Positions 23,140 to 32,644 of a stretch of 56,427 bases of DNA are shown here, in pieces (positions within the stretch are counted from its first letter, which is position 1; every line of letters begins with the position of its first letter). Location of the stretch: contig CBFGJZ010000004.1 of assembly GCA_965649215.1 (NCBI GenBank), positions 16,538 through 72,964 on the forward strand, read 5' to 3'. Source of the DNA: a candidate division WOR-3 bacterium (GTDB taxonomy: Bacteria > Hydrothermota > Tepidihabitantia > Tepidihabitantales > CAIPLT01). Under the pieces are notes generated by a model. The model did no database searches, had not been told where the DNA came from, and saw only the letters and a list, made by a program, of their open reading frames with translations. The position numbers and the translations under genes are program-made.

Positions 23140-26100
23140 AGGAAAAAAGCATTATATGCTATTTTTCTAATTTTCTGTATATCTGATGTTATTGCAGAAG
23201 GTGCAAAATATTTAATCATCACACATGATAATTTCTATAATGCAATTCAACCGTTAGCAGAGTGGAAACAAAAGAAGGGAATAATAACTAAAGTTACGAA
23301 ACTATCTGAAATAGGTTCGACCTCGATTGCGATAAAAAACTATATCACCAATGCTTATAATACATGGAATCCGCAACCAAAATATGTACTTTTGGTTGGT
23401 TCTATATCGCATCTACCACCCGGGCAAGGAGAGTCAATTTCAAACAATCCTTATGGCGATGTAAATAATGATACTATTAGTGAAATAATAATAGGAAGAT
23501 TTCCTTGTACTACTGCATATGAGTGCTCGACGATGGTCGAAAAAACCTTTAAGTATGAACGAATACCTTTTCTTAATGATACATTTTGGTTTAAACGAGC
23601 CACTACTATAAGACAAGACCCTGCTGGAATATATCACACTCCAGGAGTTAACTTTGTGTGTTCTTTAATGGTCAATTTTGGAAATTTTCAAAGAGATGAT
23701 ATTGATACTTTTATGACCGGTTCACATGATTCAACTAATGTAATAAATGCCCTCAATCAAGGTCGTTCTTATTTATTATATACAGGACATGGACACACGA
23801 CTCGATGGAGTGATCCTTTTAATGTTTCTCCAGAAGGTCTTAACAATGGTTCAAAATTACCTATTGTTGTCGTCTGGTGTTGTTATGGAGGATTACTCGG
23901 AAATCTTGGTGAAAGATGGTTGAAAGCGAAAAGAAACGATTCTCTTACTGGATCTGTAGTTTATATTGGAACTAGTCAAGTAGGGCAAGCAAAATATCGT
24001 AATCATATTGCTAGAAATATCTTTAGAGCAATTTTTCAATATCAAAAAACTACTATAGGAATGGCGTTTCAGGAAGGCAAAGATAGTCTTTGGGCATTTC
24101 ACATATCAAATCCGGATACATGTCCTCCGGAATCAGTATTCAAGTATTATTGCGACTTTAATCTTCTTGGCGACCCAGAACTTAATCTCTGGACCGCAGT
24201 ACCAAAACCGATGCTTGTAAGTCATGAAAGAGAGATTCCGACTGGTCAACAATCGTTCGCTGTTACAGTTAGTGACTTAAACGGACCAATACAAAATGCT
24301 TTGGTTTGTGTAATGATGCCAAATGATACTACAGTTTATAAATATGATTATACAAATTCTAATGGAATTATTAACTTACCAATTTATCTATCACAAACTG
24401 ATTGGCTTTATGTTACCGTGACTGCTCGTAACCATATTCCTTATGAAGATTCATGTCAAGTTTTCCCAGTTTCTGCTCAAGCCACTTATCCTAATCAGGG
24501 TAAACATCTTATCCGTAAACCTAACTCTTCTGAACTTCATAGAGTTTTTGAGACAGATGATAAGGTTTTCTATCAAATGTCTTCTAACTGGGGTCAAAAT
24601 TGGTCAACTTCAACTTATCTCGGTGATGGTAACTATCCTTGTATTTCAATCGGTCCGATAGGCGGAACACCATGGGTATTATGGGGTTCATCCCGTCCTT
24701 ATGGTCCTTTTTACTCTGCAGTTAAAAGAACCGACGGTTCTTGGAATATCAGAGAAATCTTTCCAATTGGCGAAGAATTGATAAGCAATCCATCAATGGC
24801 ACTTGCTACAATACAGAATGAACAAGGTGACCTCGCTTATTGTGTTTTTAGAACTCATAACCGTATTTTGTTTGGTGCTTATGATACTTTAAAAGATTAT
24901 TGTGTAGGTTTGATTGATGACTATGACCCTTGTCTTGCACCATCAATTTCAATAACACCTGCTGACCTATTACATATCGTCTGGCAGAGAGATATTAGCG
25001 AAGAAGGAAAAATCTTTTATACAACCTCAGAAAAAGTCCATCCCAATGACATTAGACAAGACATCCCACCAAATTTGTTAGGAACACATAGGATTTCTCA
25101 ACCAGCCTGGCCACAGACCGAACCTGCTTCTAATCCATCAGTTGAAGCATATGGCGAATATGTTTATGCAGCATGGCGAGGTCCAAATGAACAAGGGAAT
25201 CCAGAATTTGGTGATATCTGGCGAAGAGCAAGATGGCTACCTTATGAAGATCCATCTAGATGGGAACCACCCGAAAACAAAAGCGAAACCAGAGATAATG
25301 AATCCAACTATCCAGTAATGTCCACTGATTTTGTTAGGGTCTGGCACGAGTCAATTGCAGATAATAACTGGGACATCTGGGCAAGATTTGAACCCGAGGA
25401 TTCGGCTCAGCCAATTTTCCAGACATCCAGTCCATCAAAATATCCTCATATTGCTGGCTATTGGGACCCCAATCCACCAGTTCCTCCAACATATTGTGTT
25501 AATACTATCTGGACCGAAGAGATTGCTCCAGAAATATATGAAGTACGATTTGACTGTTATCGATATGTGTATAATCCTGACCCTGAAGAAAAAGCAAGCC
25601 TATATTATGCGGTTGAAATTGGTGACAACACACCATCTTCATATTGTACTCAAAGAGATGGTTATCTTAGTTATGGACAATACAAAATTGACTATGGACA
25701 GCAAAAACTGAAATATAAACTACCATATTTACATCCCAGTTATTATTATGATTTACGAGCAATAGTATATCAACAAGGACAGAATAGCTATTCACAGAAT
25801 TTTGATATTGATAGCATATATTCAACTACCTTGACTTTTACATCAAACCGACCAGAAACAGTCTGGATTCGTATTCCACAACAAGCATATAAGTATGATA
25901 CTAAAGTCAAACAGGAAATCAAAAAGATACTTGGAAATCGAGCAGTTGTTACAGATTTAAGACTATATCAAAGAGAAGAGTTTACATCAGGAGGTGGAAC
26001 CGGACAACAAAGCATAACTAATACATTAATCCAACTACCAATACTTTATCAATCATATCCTAATCCATTCAAATCGCGCACAGTGATTCGTTATATCCTG

Positions 26101-26310
26101 CCAACTGAATGTAATGTCTCTTTATCGATTTATGATATATCAGGAAGATTAGTTAAAACACTTGTTAACCAGAACCAAACAGCAGGTATCTACACTATAA
26201 ATTTAGACGGTAAAGACGGTAAAGGCAACACGCTTTCGCAGGGCATATATTTCTATCGACTAAAGACTGATAATTTCTCAGATACTAAGCGGATAGTATT
26301 TATTAAGTAA
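23140..26310 (+). CDS. Gingipain-like cysteine peptidase (family C25) with T9SS C-terminal sorting domain; canonical start codon apparently missing
   Basis: Catalytic His/Cys motifs LLYTGHGHTTRW and PIVVVWCCYGG. CTD YPNPFKSRTVIRYILP..LSIYDISGRLVKTL..QGIYFYRLKTDN..RIVFIK. The track starts at TTG 23392, but the frame is open from 23122. It encodes a signal peptide plus a conserved-looking C25 N-terminus (KKALYAIFLIFCISDVIAEGAKYLIITHDNFYNAIQPLAEWKQKKG). Confidence 0.75.
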   Translation, partial: RKKALYAIFLIFCISDVIAEGAKYLIITHDNFYNAIQPLAEWKQKKGIITKVTKLSEIGSTSIAIKNYITNAYNTWNPQPKYVLLVGSISHLPPGQGESISNNPYGDVNNDTISEIIIGRFPCTTAYECSTMVEKTFKYERIPFLNDTFWFKRATTIRQDPAGIYHTPGVNFVCSLMVNFGNFQRDDIDTFMTGSHDSTNVINALNQGRSYLLYTGHGHTTRWSDPFNVSPEGLNNGSKLPIVVVWCCYGGLLGNLGERWLKAKRNDSLTGSVVYIGTSQVGQAKYRNHIARNIFRAIFQYQKTTIGMAFQEGKDSLWAFHISNPDTCPPESVFKYYCDFNLLGDPELNLWTAVPKPMLVSHEREIPTGQQSFAVTVSDLNGPIQNALVCVMMPNDTTVYKYDYTNSNGIINLPIYLSQTDWLYVTVTARNHIPYEDSCQVFPVSAQATYPNQGKHLIRKPNSSELHRVFETDDKVFYQMSSNWGQNWSTSTYLGDGNYPCISIGPIGGTPWVLWGSSRPYGPFYSAVKRTDGSWNIREIFPIGEELISNPSMALATIQNEQGDLAYCVFRTHNRILFGAYDTLKDYCVGLIDDYDPCLAPSISITPADLLHIVWQRDISEEGKIFYTTSEKVHPNDIRQDIPPNLLGTHRISQPAWPQTEPASNPSVEAYGEYVYAAWRGPNEQGNPEFGDIWRRARWLPYEDPSRWEPPENKSETRDNESNYPVMSTDFVRVWHESIADNNWDIWARFEPEDSAQPIFQTSSPSKYPHIAGYWDPNPPVPPTYCVNTIWTEEIAPEIYEVRFDCYRYVYNPDPEEKASLYYAVEIGDNTPSSYCTQRDGYLSYGQYKIDYGQQKLKYKLPYLHPSYYYDLRAIVYQQGQNSYSQNFDIDSIYSTTLTFTSNRPETVWIRIPQQAYKYDTKVKQEIKKILGNRAVVTDLRLYQREEFTSGGGTGQQSITNTLIQLPILYQSYPNPFKSRTVIRYILPTECNVSLSIYDISGRLVKTLVNQNQTAGIYTINLDGKDGKGNTLSQGIYFYRLKTDNFSDTKRIVFIK

Positions 26311-26321
26311 ACTAAATGAAC

Positions 26322-26350
26322 TTTGGGGCGGTCGTTATGACCGCCCCAAG
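26322..26350 (+). other. GC-rich 11-bp perfect stem-loop between the C25 peptidase and FG-GAP genes
   Basis: TTGGGGCGGTC (26323-26333), loop GTTAT, GACCGCCCCAA (26339-26349). No T-tract follows, and the 3' arm runs into the AAGGAGG Shine-Dalgarno of the next gene. Confidence 0.5.
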
Positions 26351-26358
26351 GAGGTATT

Positions 26359-28185
26359 CTGAGAAATCGTCTGTGTTTTTTGTTCTGCGTTTGTATTATT
26401 TCCATATCTTCTATTCACGCTCAATTTCGAATAAAGCGCATTGTTCTTTTACCATCAGGTCTTTATACCGGTAGCGATGGAATACCCATTTGTTGTGATA
26501 GCGACCACGATGGATTAAACGAGATAATTTTTTCTACTGCGATACCAACTCGTTGGGAAATTTGGGAACATCATCCTTATATTTTTAATCAATATCAACT
26601 TGTCTATGCCGATACTGGTGCTTATCCTTATCCACCGGGAATTACAACTGGCAATTTCCGACCTTTTGATGTTGGAGATATTGATAATGATAGTTTAATT
26701 GATTTATTGGGTCCTAATTACGAACGTGCTAATGATACAACTTTTTATATTATAACTACACAGGAGAGTCCAAAATATCATTCTTATCCTGAAAATCTAT
26801 CTTGGTGGTTTAGACATTCCAATAATTTCATAGGCGAAGGTGGCGCAGGACATTATTTTCCTCCCGACTTAGATAATGATGACAGAAGAGAAATTTTAAA
26901 AGGATCCTCAAACCCCCAATATGGTCTTATGATTTTTGAAAATATTGCAAACAATAATAATCAATTGGTCTATACTGATAATACTCGCGATGGATTTAAT
27001 TTCGCATTTGGTGATTTTGATTTAGATGGATATTATGAACTTGTGACAGCAACACTGGGTACACTTGGAATTGTAGACATTAGAGAAAACATTGGTGACA
27101 ATCAATATCAACTTATCTGGACAGACACTGTTCGTCTTCCCAATGGCATTGATGTTTTTTCTGGTAATGATTTGGATGGAGACGGCAAACCAGAATTCTT
27201 TGTTGCATTCTATTCAGGGAACACCTTTTATCTTTATATGTGGGAGGCAACTGGCAATAATAGATTTGAGAGAATACTTATTGACCAAAAGACTATTACG
27301 GTAAGTTACTCCACTGGCAGAAGAAGTAAATGTGGTGATTTAGATGGTGATGGCATAGAAGAACTGGTCTGGGCAACACCAACAAGACTCTTTGTCTATA
27401 AAGCAACTGACAATAATCAGTTTCAACAAGTCTGGCAATGGTCGCAAGACCACGGTACTAATGAATGTCTTATTGTTAATATCTATGATATGAATAATAA
27501 TGGTTATAATGAAATTGTAGTTGGCGGTAGTGGTAAGACTTCAATTTTTGAAGTCGAAGCAGTAAGATTATTAAGACCAAATGGTGGTGAGGTTTTTCAG
27601 GACAGCACTCAAGAACTTGTCCAATGGCAGAAATTTTATCCGCCAAGATGTGATTCAATATCCTTATTCTATTCTATTGATAATGGGAATAACTATACAA
27701 TGATTACACATGGATTATCAGGTAATGATACATCTTATTTATGGACTGTGCCTAATTTCAATTCTGATTCTTGCAAAGTCAAAATCATTGCTTATGGACC
27801 AGGTTGGCAATATGATGAGTCTGATGGGGTGTTCAGAATTGCTGGGACTGGAATTGAGGAGATTGGGGTTGCCGATGGCAACCGCGCAATGACATTGCGT
27901 GTATTTCCCAATCCAATAAAGTCTGTTTTCCGTGTCCAATATTCGATACCTTCACCCTCACCCCAATCCTCTCCTATTAATGGCAAGGGATTTAATAAAG
28001 TTACACTTCAACTCTTTGACACCTCTGGTCGATTACTAAAAACATTAGTAGATGAATATCAAAACCCAGGTACTTATTCATTGGAAATTGGTAATTGGAA
28101 ATTGAAAATTCCCACCGGTGTCTATTTTCTCTCTTTACAAACCCATGAGAAGAGAATCATCGAAAGATTAGTGATTATAAAATAG
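26359..28185 (+). CDS. FG-GAP/VCBS-repeat (integrin-alpha-like beta-propeller) protein with T9SS C-terminal sorting domain
   Basis: Ca-binding-type repeats GDIDNDSLIDLLG, GDFDLDGYYELV, NDLDGDGKPEFFV, GDLDGDGIEELVW, DMNNNGYNEIVVGG. CTD VFPNPIKSVFRVQY..LQLFDTSGRLLKTL..TGVYFLSLQT..RLVIIK. Start placed at CTG 26359, 4 nt after AGGAGG; the track uses TTG 26380. Confidence 0.7.
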   Translation: MRNRLCFLFCVCIISISSIHAQFRIKRIVLLPSGLYTGSDGIPICCDSDHDGLNEIIFSTAIPTRWEIWEHHPYIFNQYQLVYADTGAYPYPPGITTGNFRPFDVGDIDNDSLIDLLGPNYERANDTTFYIITTQESPKYHSYPENLSWWFRHSNNFIGEGGAGHYFPPDLDNDDRREILKGSSNPQYGLMIFENIANNNNQLVYTDNTRDGFNFAFGDFDLDGYYELVTATLGTLGIVDIRENIGDNQYQLIWTDTVRLPNGIDVFSGNDLDGDGKPEFFVAFYSGNTFYLYMWEATGNNRFERILIDQKTITVSYSTGRRSKCGDLDGDGIEELVWATPTRLFVYKATDNNQFQQVWQWSQDHGTNECLIVNIYDMNNNGYNEIVVGGSGKTSIFEVEAVRLLRPNGGEVFQDSTQELVQWQKFYPPRCDSISLFYSIDNGNNYTMITHGLSGNDTSYLWTVPNFNSDSCKVKIIAYGPGWQYDESDGVFRIAGTGIEEIGVADGNRAMTLRVFPNPIKSVFRVQYSIPSPSPQSSPINGKGFNKVTLQLFDTSGRLLKTLVDEYQNPGTYSLEIGNWKLKIPTGVYFLSLQTHEKRIIERLVIIK

Positions 28186-28251
28186 TCTAAAATTCTTTGA
28201 CAAACTCTTTATCTTGATTTTCTTCAAACAATGCACATCTAAAATTACAAA

Positions 28252-29238
28252 TTATTTAGCCGTCCCTTTAAATAATAATTCCTTGTAAACAACAATCACC
28301 GTATCTTTCACTTTTTCCATAATTGTATCAGCCAACCCGTTTAATTTCCAGGCGACTTTAATTTGTTTGAATTGTTGTTGTAGAAGCGATTCGTCTTTAT
28401 GATAACACTGCTTTAATGCTTTATAACAGGCACGCGTATAATCTTTATATGCAAGATACAATGCGGGTGCAACCTGTAATTCATTAAGCAAGGTATGCAC
28501 TCTAAATTCAATCTGCTCGATTGCCGCCCGATACTTAATAAAACCTTGCACCATCTTTTGCTGTTTTTCAGATGATGGTATTTTCCGTCGGGCTAACTTT
28601 TTCTTTTCCGTTTTTATGGTGTTATAAACAATATGTGATATCGCACCAAACAGAACCTTTTTAATCCCACTTTTTAGCCACGGTTTTTCATCTAATGATG
28701 GATTAGGATCTGGATTTAGGGCCCGTTCTAAAATATAATAAGTATAATCAAGATATATTGGAATTAAACTCTTATCGGTCCGATGATTAGAAAGTAACAT
28801 CAAAACCTTACGTTCAATCTTATCTCTAACCATTGCCTTATCAATCATCTCATCAGGCTTTTTCTGGTATTTAATCTTATTTGCAAAAAGCGATGCGTCT
28901 TGCTCAATCTTCTCTAAAATCGTCTTACCATTCACTCTCTTACTTGAAATACTATCCTTATCAGGTATTTCAGATAGAACTTTGGCTTGCTCCTGTTTTG
29001 ACAAAATCCTATCCAATTCCGAAAAAAACGCCATCCGATTTCCACCACAGGCATTTATATAACTAATAATTGTGTTCAAAGTTGGATTCTTTATCTTTCC
29101 GCTCTCAAGTTGCGCAATAAAACTACGTCCTGATTTTAACCTCAAACCCATTCGTTGAGCAAGTTCAGCTTGAGATAAGTTCGCCTGTCTTCTTATCTTT
29201 TGTAAAAGATTAGCTAATTCTTTACTAAATTTAAACAT
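28252..29238 (-). CDS. XRE-family helix-turn-helix protein with ~260-aa uncharacterised C-terminal region
   Basis: N-terminus LLQKIRRQANLSQAELAQRMGLRLKSGRSFIAQLESGKIKNPTLNTIISYINACG is a classic HTH_3/XRE motif. The rest has no motif I recognise. Confidence 0.7.
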   Translation of the reverse strand: MFKFSKELANLLQKIRRQANLSQAELAQRMGLRLKSGRSFIAQLESGKIKNPTLNTIISYINACGGNRMAFFSELDRILSKQEQAKVLSEIPDKDSISSKRVNGKTILEKIEQDASLFANKIKYQKKPDEMIDKAMVRDKIERKVLMLLSNHRTDKSLIPIYLDYTYYILERALNPDPNPSLDEKPWLKSGIKKVLFGAISHIVYNTIKTEKKKLARRKIPSSEKQQKMVQGFIKYRAAIEQIEFRVHTLLNELQVAPALYLAYKDYTRACYKALKQCYHKDESLLQQQFKQIKVAWKLNGLADTIMEKVKDTVIVVYKELLFKGTAK

Positions 29239-29328
29239 AATTGTATTTGCCTTTGCGAGGGAATATTGCGGCTAAATTAATATCTAATTTAGATTACCGC
29301 GCGCTCATTAGTCGCTCGCAATGACATA

Positions 29329-29357
29329 ATGTTAGTTATAACTAACACATTTGTCAA
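29329..29357 (-). promoter_or_regulatory. Sigma70-type promoter of the XRE gene, overlapped by an 18-bp perfect palindrome (candidate operator)
   Basis: Minus strand: TTGACA (29357-29352), 17-nt spacer, TAACAT (29334-29329). The palindrome TGTTAGTTATAACTAACA (29330-29347) covers the -10 element and most of the spacer. A second site with the same half-sites, TAACTA-N5-TAGTTA, lies at 29390-29406. Confidence 0.45.
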
Positions 29358-29663
29358 TCTTAACTTTTTCTTATCTCTCTAATACTGAATAACTAACATC
29401 TAGTTAACCACAAAGTAGTAGTATAGTGTAGGGGGTTAAGTTAAGGTTATAATATAAAAACTGCTATACACTTATTTAAGCATTATCTTATGAAACATCG
29501 AATAATATTTAACAAGATACTTTGTTAAGAACGTAGTTATTCTCTTTTTATAATCAAGTATAAAGACCTTAACATAGATAGATCATACAAATCGAACCCT
29601 ACCAGATTCTCAAGTACCGTTAGTAAGATATCTAAGAAAGCAGATAGTACTTTATAATATATT

Positions 29664-29701
29664 TGAAAAAGAATTAAGGCAGAGCGATAACTCTGCCTTA
29701 A
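29664..29701 (-). terminator. Rho-independent terminator downstream of pmbA
   Basis: On the minus strand: TTAAGGCAGAG, 6-nt loop, CTCTGCCTTAA (11-bp stem, 29674-29701), followed by a T-rich tract (AATTCTTTTTC). Confidence 0.7.
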
Positions 29702-29719
29702 CAAAATATAGTTTAATAA

Positions 29720-31057
29720 TTAATACTGTGTCTTACCCGTAAAAGTAAAGTCTTTAATCAATAGCGCAGGTGCTACTATTTGTGTGAATTCGCCTGATAG
29801 AACCGTTTCTTTAGAAATCGCCAAGACATTTTTCAAAGTCTCGTAAATATTAATCGTGTAGCGTAGGTTTTTAATACCGTATTTAATCTCACCCTTTTCA
29901 ACCCAGAAAGTGCCATCGCGTGTTAGGCCAGTAATCAAAGTCTTATCAGGGTCAACTACGCGGGTGTACCAAAAGCGTGTGATTAAGATTCCCTTATCAA
30001 TCATCTTAAGCATATCTTGCATTGCAACATTACCCGGTTTAATAATCAAACTTGACGGATAAGGACCGTACGCATTAGGTTGAGGCAAAGCATGACCCGT
30101 ATTAGGTTTTTTAAGTTTATGAGCATAAAACGAATCTAAAACAACACCTTTGGCTACCCCTTTATCTATAAAAGTGACTTTTTTCCTTGGCACGCCTTCA
30201 AAATCAAATGGAAATTGATTAACTTTCGGATGCGTCCAATCATCATAAATGGTAATATTATCACCTGTTATTCTTTTGCCAATGCTCTTTGACATTATTG
30301 ACCGTTTTTCCGCAAACGCTTTAGCCCCAAACTCTAACCAACCCAAAAAAGTAATGAACTCAGCAACTGCTTCTGGTTCCAATAAGACAGTGTAGGCGCC
30401 AGGTTCAATTTCTTTGGGATTTTTGGAAAGCAGAGCTTTTTGACAGGCAATCTCTGCTAATTTTTCAAAATCAATTTTAAAGAAGTTTTTATCAATCGCC
30501 GCAGCATAACCCGAACTATTTTCTGCCATTGCGGTAATGGTAGTATAAGTATCTGAACCATTCGCATATTGATTAATTCCTAAATTATTCGCGATACCTA
30601 AACTATAAGTTGAAGTATGAATTACTCCTGCAACATCCAGATTATGTTTCTTACATACACTCACAATCTTTCTCACTGCTTTGGCACGATCTTCAGGACT
30701 TACACTAATTGGCTCCTTTAACTTTACTGTCTTTACTTTACCCGTTGGTTTAGGCAAACTGACAAATTCTTTATCTTCGGTTGCATAACTGGCAATTTCC
30801 GATGCTTTGCGAATTGCATTTTTAATCCCACTTACCGATAAATCTCGACTTGATACGCCGCCAATCTTTTTACCCTCTTCACTATCAATAATCACTCGAG
30901 TCCAGACATAAGGATTTTCCACAGTTAGATTCTGATGAATAATTGAATTGGCAAATCTGGTGGTACCCCTTTGATTCGACATAATGCCCACTTCGATCAT
31001 ATCTGATGTTTTCAAAGCATTAATTAATAAATCTTGAGTTCTTTTCTTATCAAGCAT
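29720..31057 (-). CDS. pmbA: Metalloprotease PmbA/TldE (TldD/PmbA family)
   Basis: Family-typical size and C-terminal pattern (..GILITRFWYTRVVDP....TGLTRDGTFWVEKGEI). Lies directly downstream of tldD. Confidence 0.85.
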   Translation of the reverse strand: MLDKKRTQDLLINALKTSDMIEVGIMSNQRGTTRFANSIIHQNLTVENPYVWTRVIIDSEEGKKIGGVSSRDLSVSGIKNAIRKASEIASYATEDKEFVSLPKPTGKVKTVKLKEPISVSPEDRAKAVRKIVSVCKKHNLDVAGVIHTSTYSLGIANNLGINQYANGSDTYTTITAMAENSSGYAAAIDKNFFKIDFEKLAEIACQKALLSKNPKEIEPGAYTVLLEPEAVAEFITFLGWLEFGAKAFAEKRSIMSKSIGKRITGDNITIYDDWTHPKVNQFPFDFEGVPRKKVTFIDKGVAKGVVLDSFYAHKLKKPNTGHALPQPNAYGPYPSSLIIKPGNVAMQDMLKMIDKGILITRFWYTRVVDPDKTLITGLTRDGTFWVEKGEIKYGIKNLRYTINIYETLKNVLAISKETVLSGEFTQIVAPALLIKDFTFTGKTQY

Positions 31058-31066
31058 AATTAACTC

Positions 31067-32503
31067 CTATTTACCAATTTTAATATTTCTAAAACGAGCT
31101 GGTGCAGCGCCATGCCCAACCGTCATGGTTTGCATTGGATCACCTTTGCCACAGTTAGGCACACCCCAAACTTCCCAATAATCCTGATTACAAATCGCAT
31201 CACAACTACGCCAGATTTCGTAAGAAATTCCCGAATACGAAGGGCGCCTAATCATTTCGGTCTTTCTACCATTCTTAATTAACCAACCAATCTCTGATGA
31301 GATATGATAATTAAGCCGCATATCATCAATACTCGGTGAACCCGCCGATTCTAAATAAATGCCCTCCTCTGTATCAGCAATTAAATCATCTAATTTCCAA
31401 GTCCCTGGCAAAAGATTGATATTCGTCATCCGAATGATTGGAATTGATGCCCAAGAGTCAGCTCGCATTGCTCCATTAGACTTTTGTCCAATTACTACCG
31501 CAGTCTCTCGGGAAGTTAAATAACCGCTAAAAATACCATCTTTAATCAAATATGTCTTCTGAGCTGGAGTTCCCTCATCATCATAACCAAACGAACCTAA
31601 ACCGCCTTCGATCGTCGCGTCTGCCGTAATGTTCACCAATGATGAACCCATTTGAAACTTACCCATCTTATCAATCGTCAAATGGCTTTTACCGGCTAAA
31701 CTCACTTCAGTTCCTAAAACGCGGTCTAATTCGGTCGGATGGCCAACTGTTTCATGAATTTGAATAGCGGTCATTGAACCATCTGTAATAACTGTCGTTG
31801 TCATCGATGGACAATCTCGTGCCGTCGTTAATGCTACTGCTTCTTCGCTAACCCTTTGGGCATGGTCTACGAAATTCAAAGACTCAATAAATTCATAACC
31901 CGCGGTCTTATAATGTCCATGCATCCCTGGATAAGAACGTTCACCCGTCACATTACCCTTTACCGCAGTAGCGGCAATAAAACCACCTGCCTGATAAATC
32001 CACTGCTCGATATAAGAATCATCACTAGCAGCAAAAATTTGAAATTTTTTACTAAACGAAAGTTCACTTTCCACTAAACTAATACCTGCTACTTTTCTCA
32101 TAATTTCATTAACTCTTAAAAGCAAGCCGATCTTTTCATCCAAAGCGACTAAAAAGGGGTCTTTTATAATCTTAGTTTTATAATTACCAATTACTCGTTC
32201 TCGACTATCTAAAATAACATCTTTAGCTTTTAAAGTCGATGCAGCTTTAGCAACCCGAACCGCTAAAGCAGCGGTTTTACTAATGTCATCTTTAGTTAGT
32301 TTTGAAGTTGCCGCAAACCCCCAACAACCATTAGCGATAACTCGAATCCCGATTCCTGCATCATCGTCTCGTTTCAATGCTTCAACTCGACCGTTCTTCA
32401 TCTGAATATTTTCATCCTGACGTCGAATTAAACGGACATCCGCATAACTGGCACCTTTTAATTGCGCCATGTTTAATGCTACTGCAACTAACTCTTTATC
32501 CAT
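31067..32503 (-). CDS. tldD: Metalloprotease TldD
   Basis: HExxxH site IHETVGHPTELDR, the GxC motif region, and the C-terminal GHGAAPARFRNIKIG. Confidence 0.9.
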   Translation of the reverse strand: MDKELVAVALNMAQLKGASYADVRLIRRQDENIQMKNGRVEALKRDDDAGIGIRVIANGCWGFAATSKLTKDDISKTAALAVRVAKAASTLKAKDVILDSRERVIGNYKTKIIKDPFLVALDEKIGLLLRVNEIMRKVAGISLVESELSFSKKFQIFAASDDSYIEQWIYQAGGFIAATAVKGNVTGERSYPGMHGHYKTAGYEFIESLNFVDHAQRVSEEAVALTTARDCPSMTTTVITDGSMTAIQIHETVGHPTELDRVLGTEVSLAGKSHLTIDKMGKFQMGSSLVNITADATIEGGLGSFGYDDEGTPAQKTYLIKDGIFSGYLTSRETAVVIGQKSNGAMRADSWASIPIIRMTNINLLPGTWKLDDLIADTEEGIYLESAGSPSIDDMRLNYHISSEIGWLIKNGRKTEMIRRPSYSGISYEIWRSCDAICNQDYWEVWGVPNCGKGDPMQTMTVGHGAAPARFRNIKIGK

Positions 32504-32644
32504 AACACCTCCATCTTACTAAAAATCAATTTACAATTCATTTGTTCTTTATCAACGTCAGTGGATAGACACACATATTTTCTTTATATTTATTTTAACT
32601 TTGTGGCGCACCACTTAATATGATAAACCAAATCATAATTACGG

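Noticed and set aside
23440-27986. Internal or antisense ORFs within the C25 and FG-GAP genes (23440-23637, 23893-24102, 24443-24661, 25331-25711, 27092-27304, 27476-27658, 27710-27892, 27739-27939, 27792-27986)
   Set aside because: They are contained within two long ORFs that have catalytic or repeat motifs and T9SS tails, and they have no independent signals.
29400-29663. Unassigned ~260 bp between the pmbA terminator and the XRE promoter, and a 10-mer (CCTACCAGAT, 29598-29607) shared in reverse orientation with the 9181-9190 region
   Set aside because: I could find no ORF, no convincing promoter-terminator pair for an sRNA, and no extended similarity around the shared 10-mer. A single 10-mer match between two ~300-bp regions is within chance expectation.
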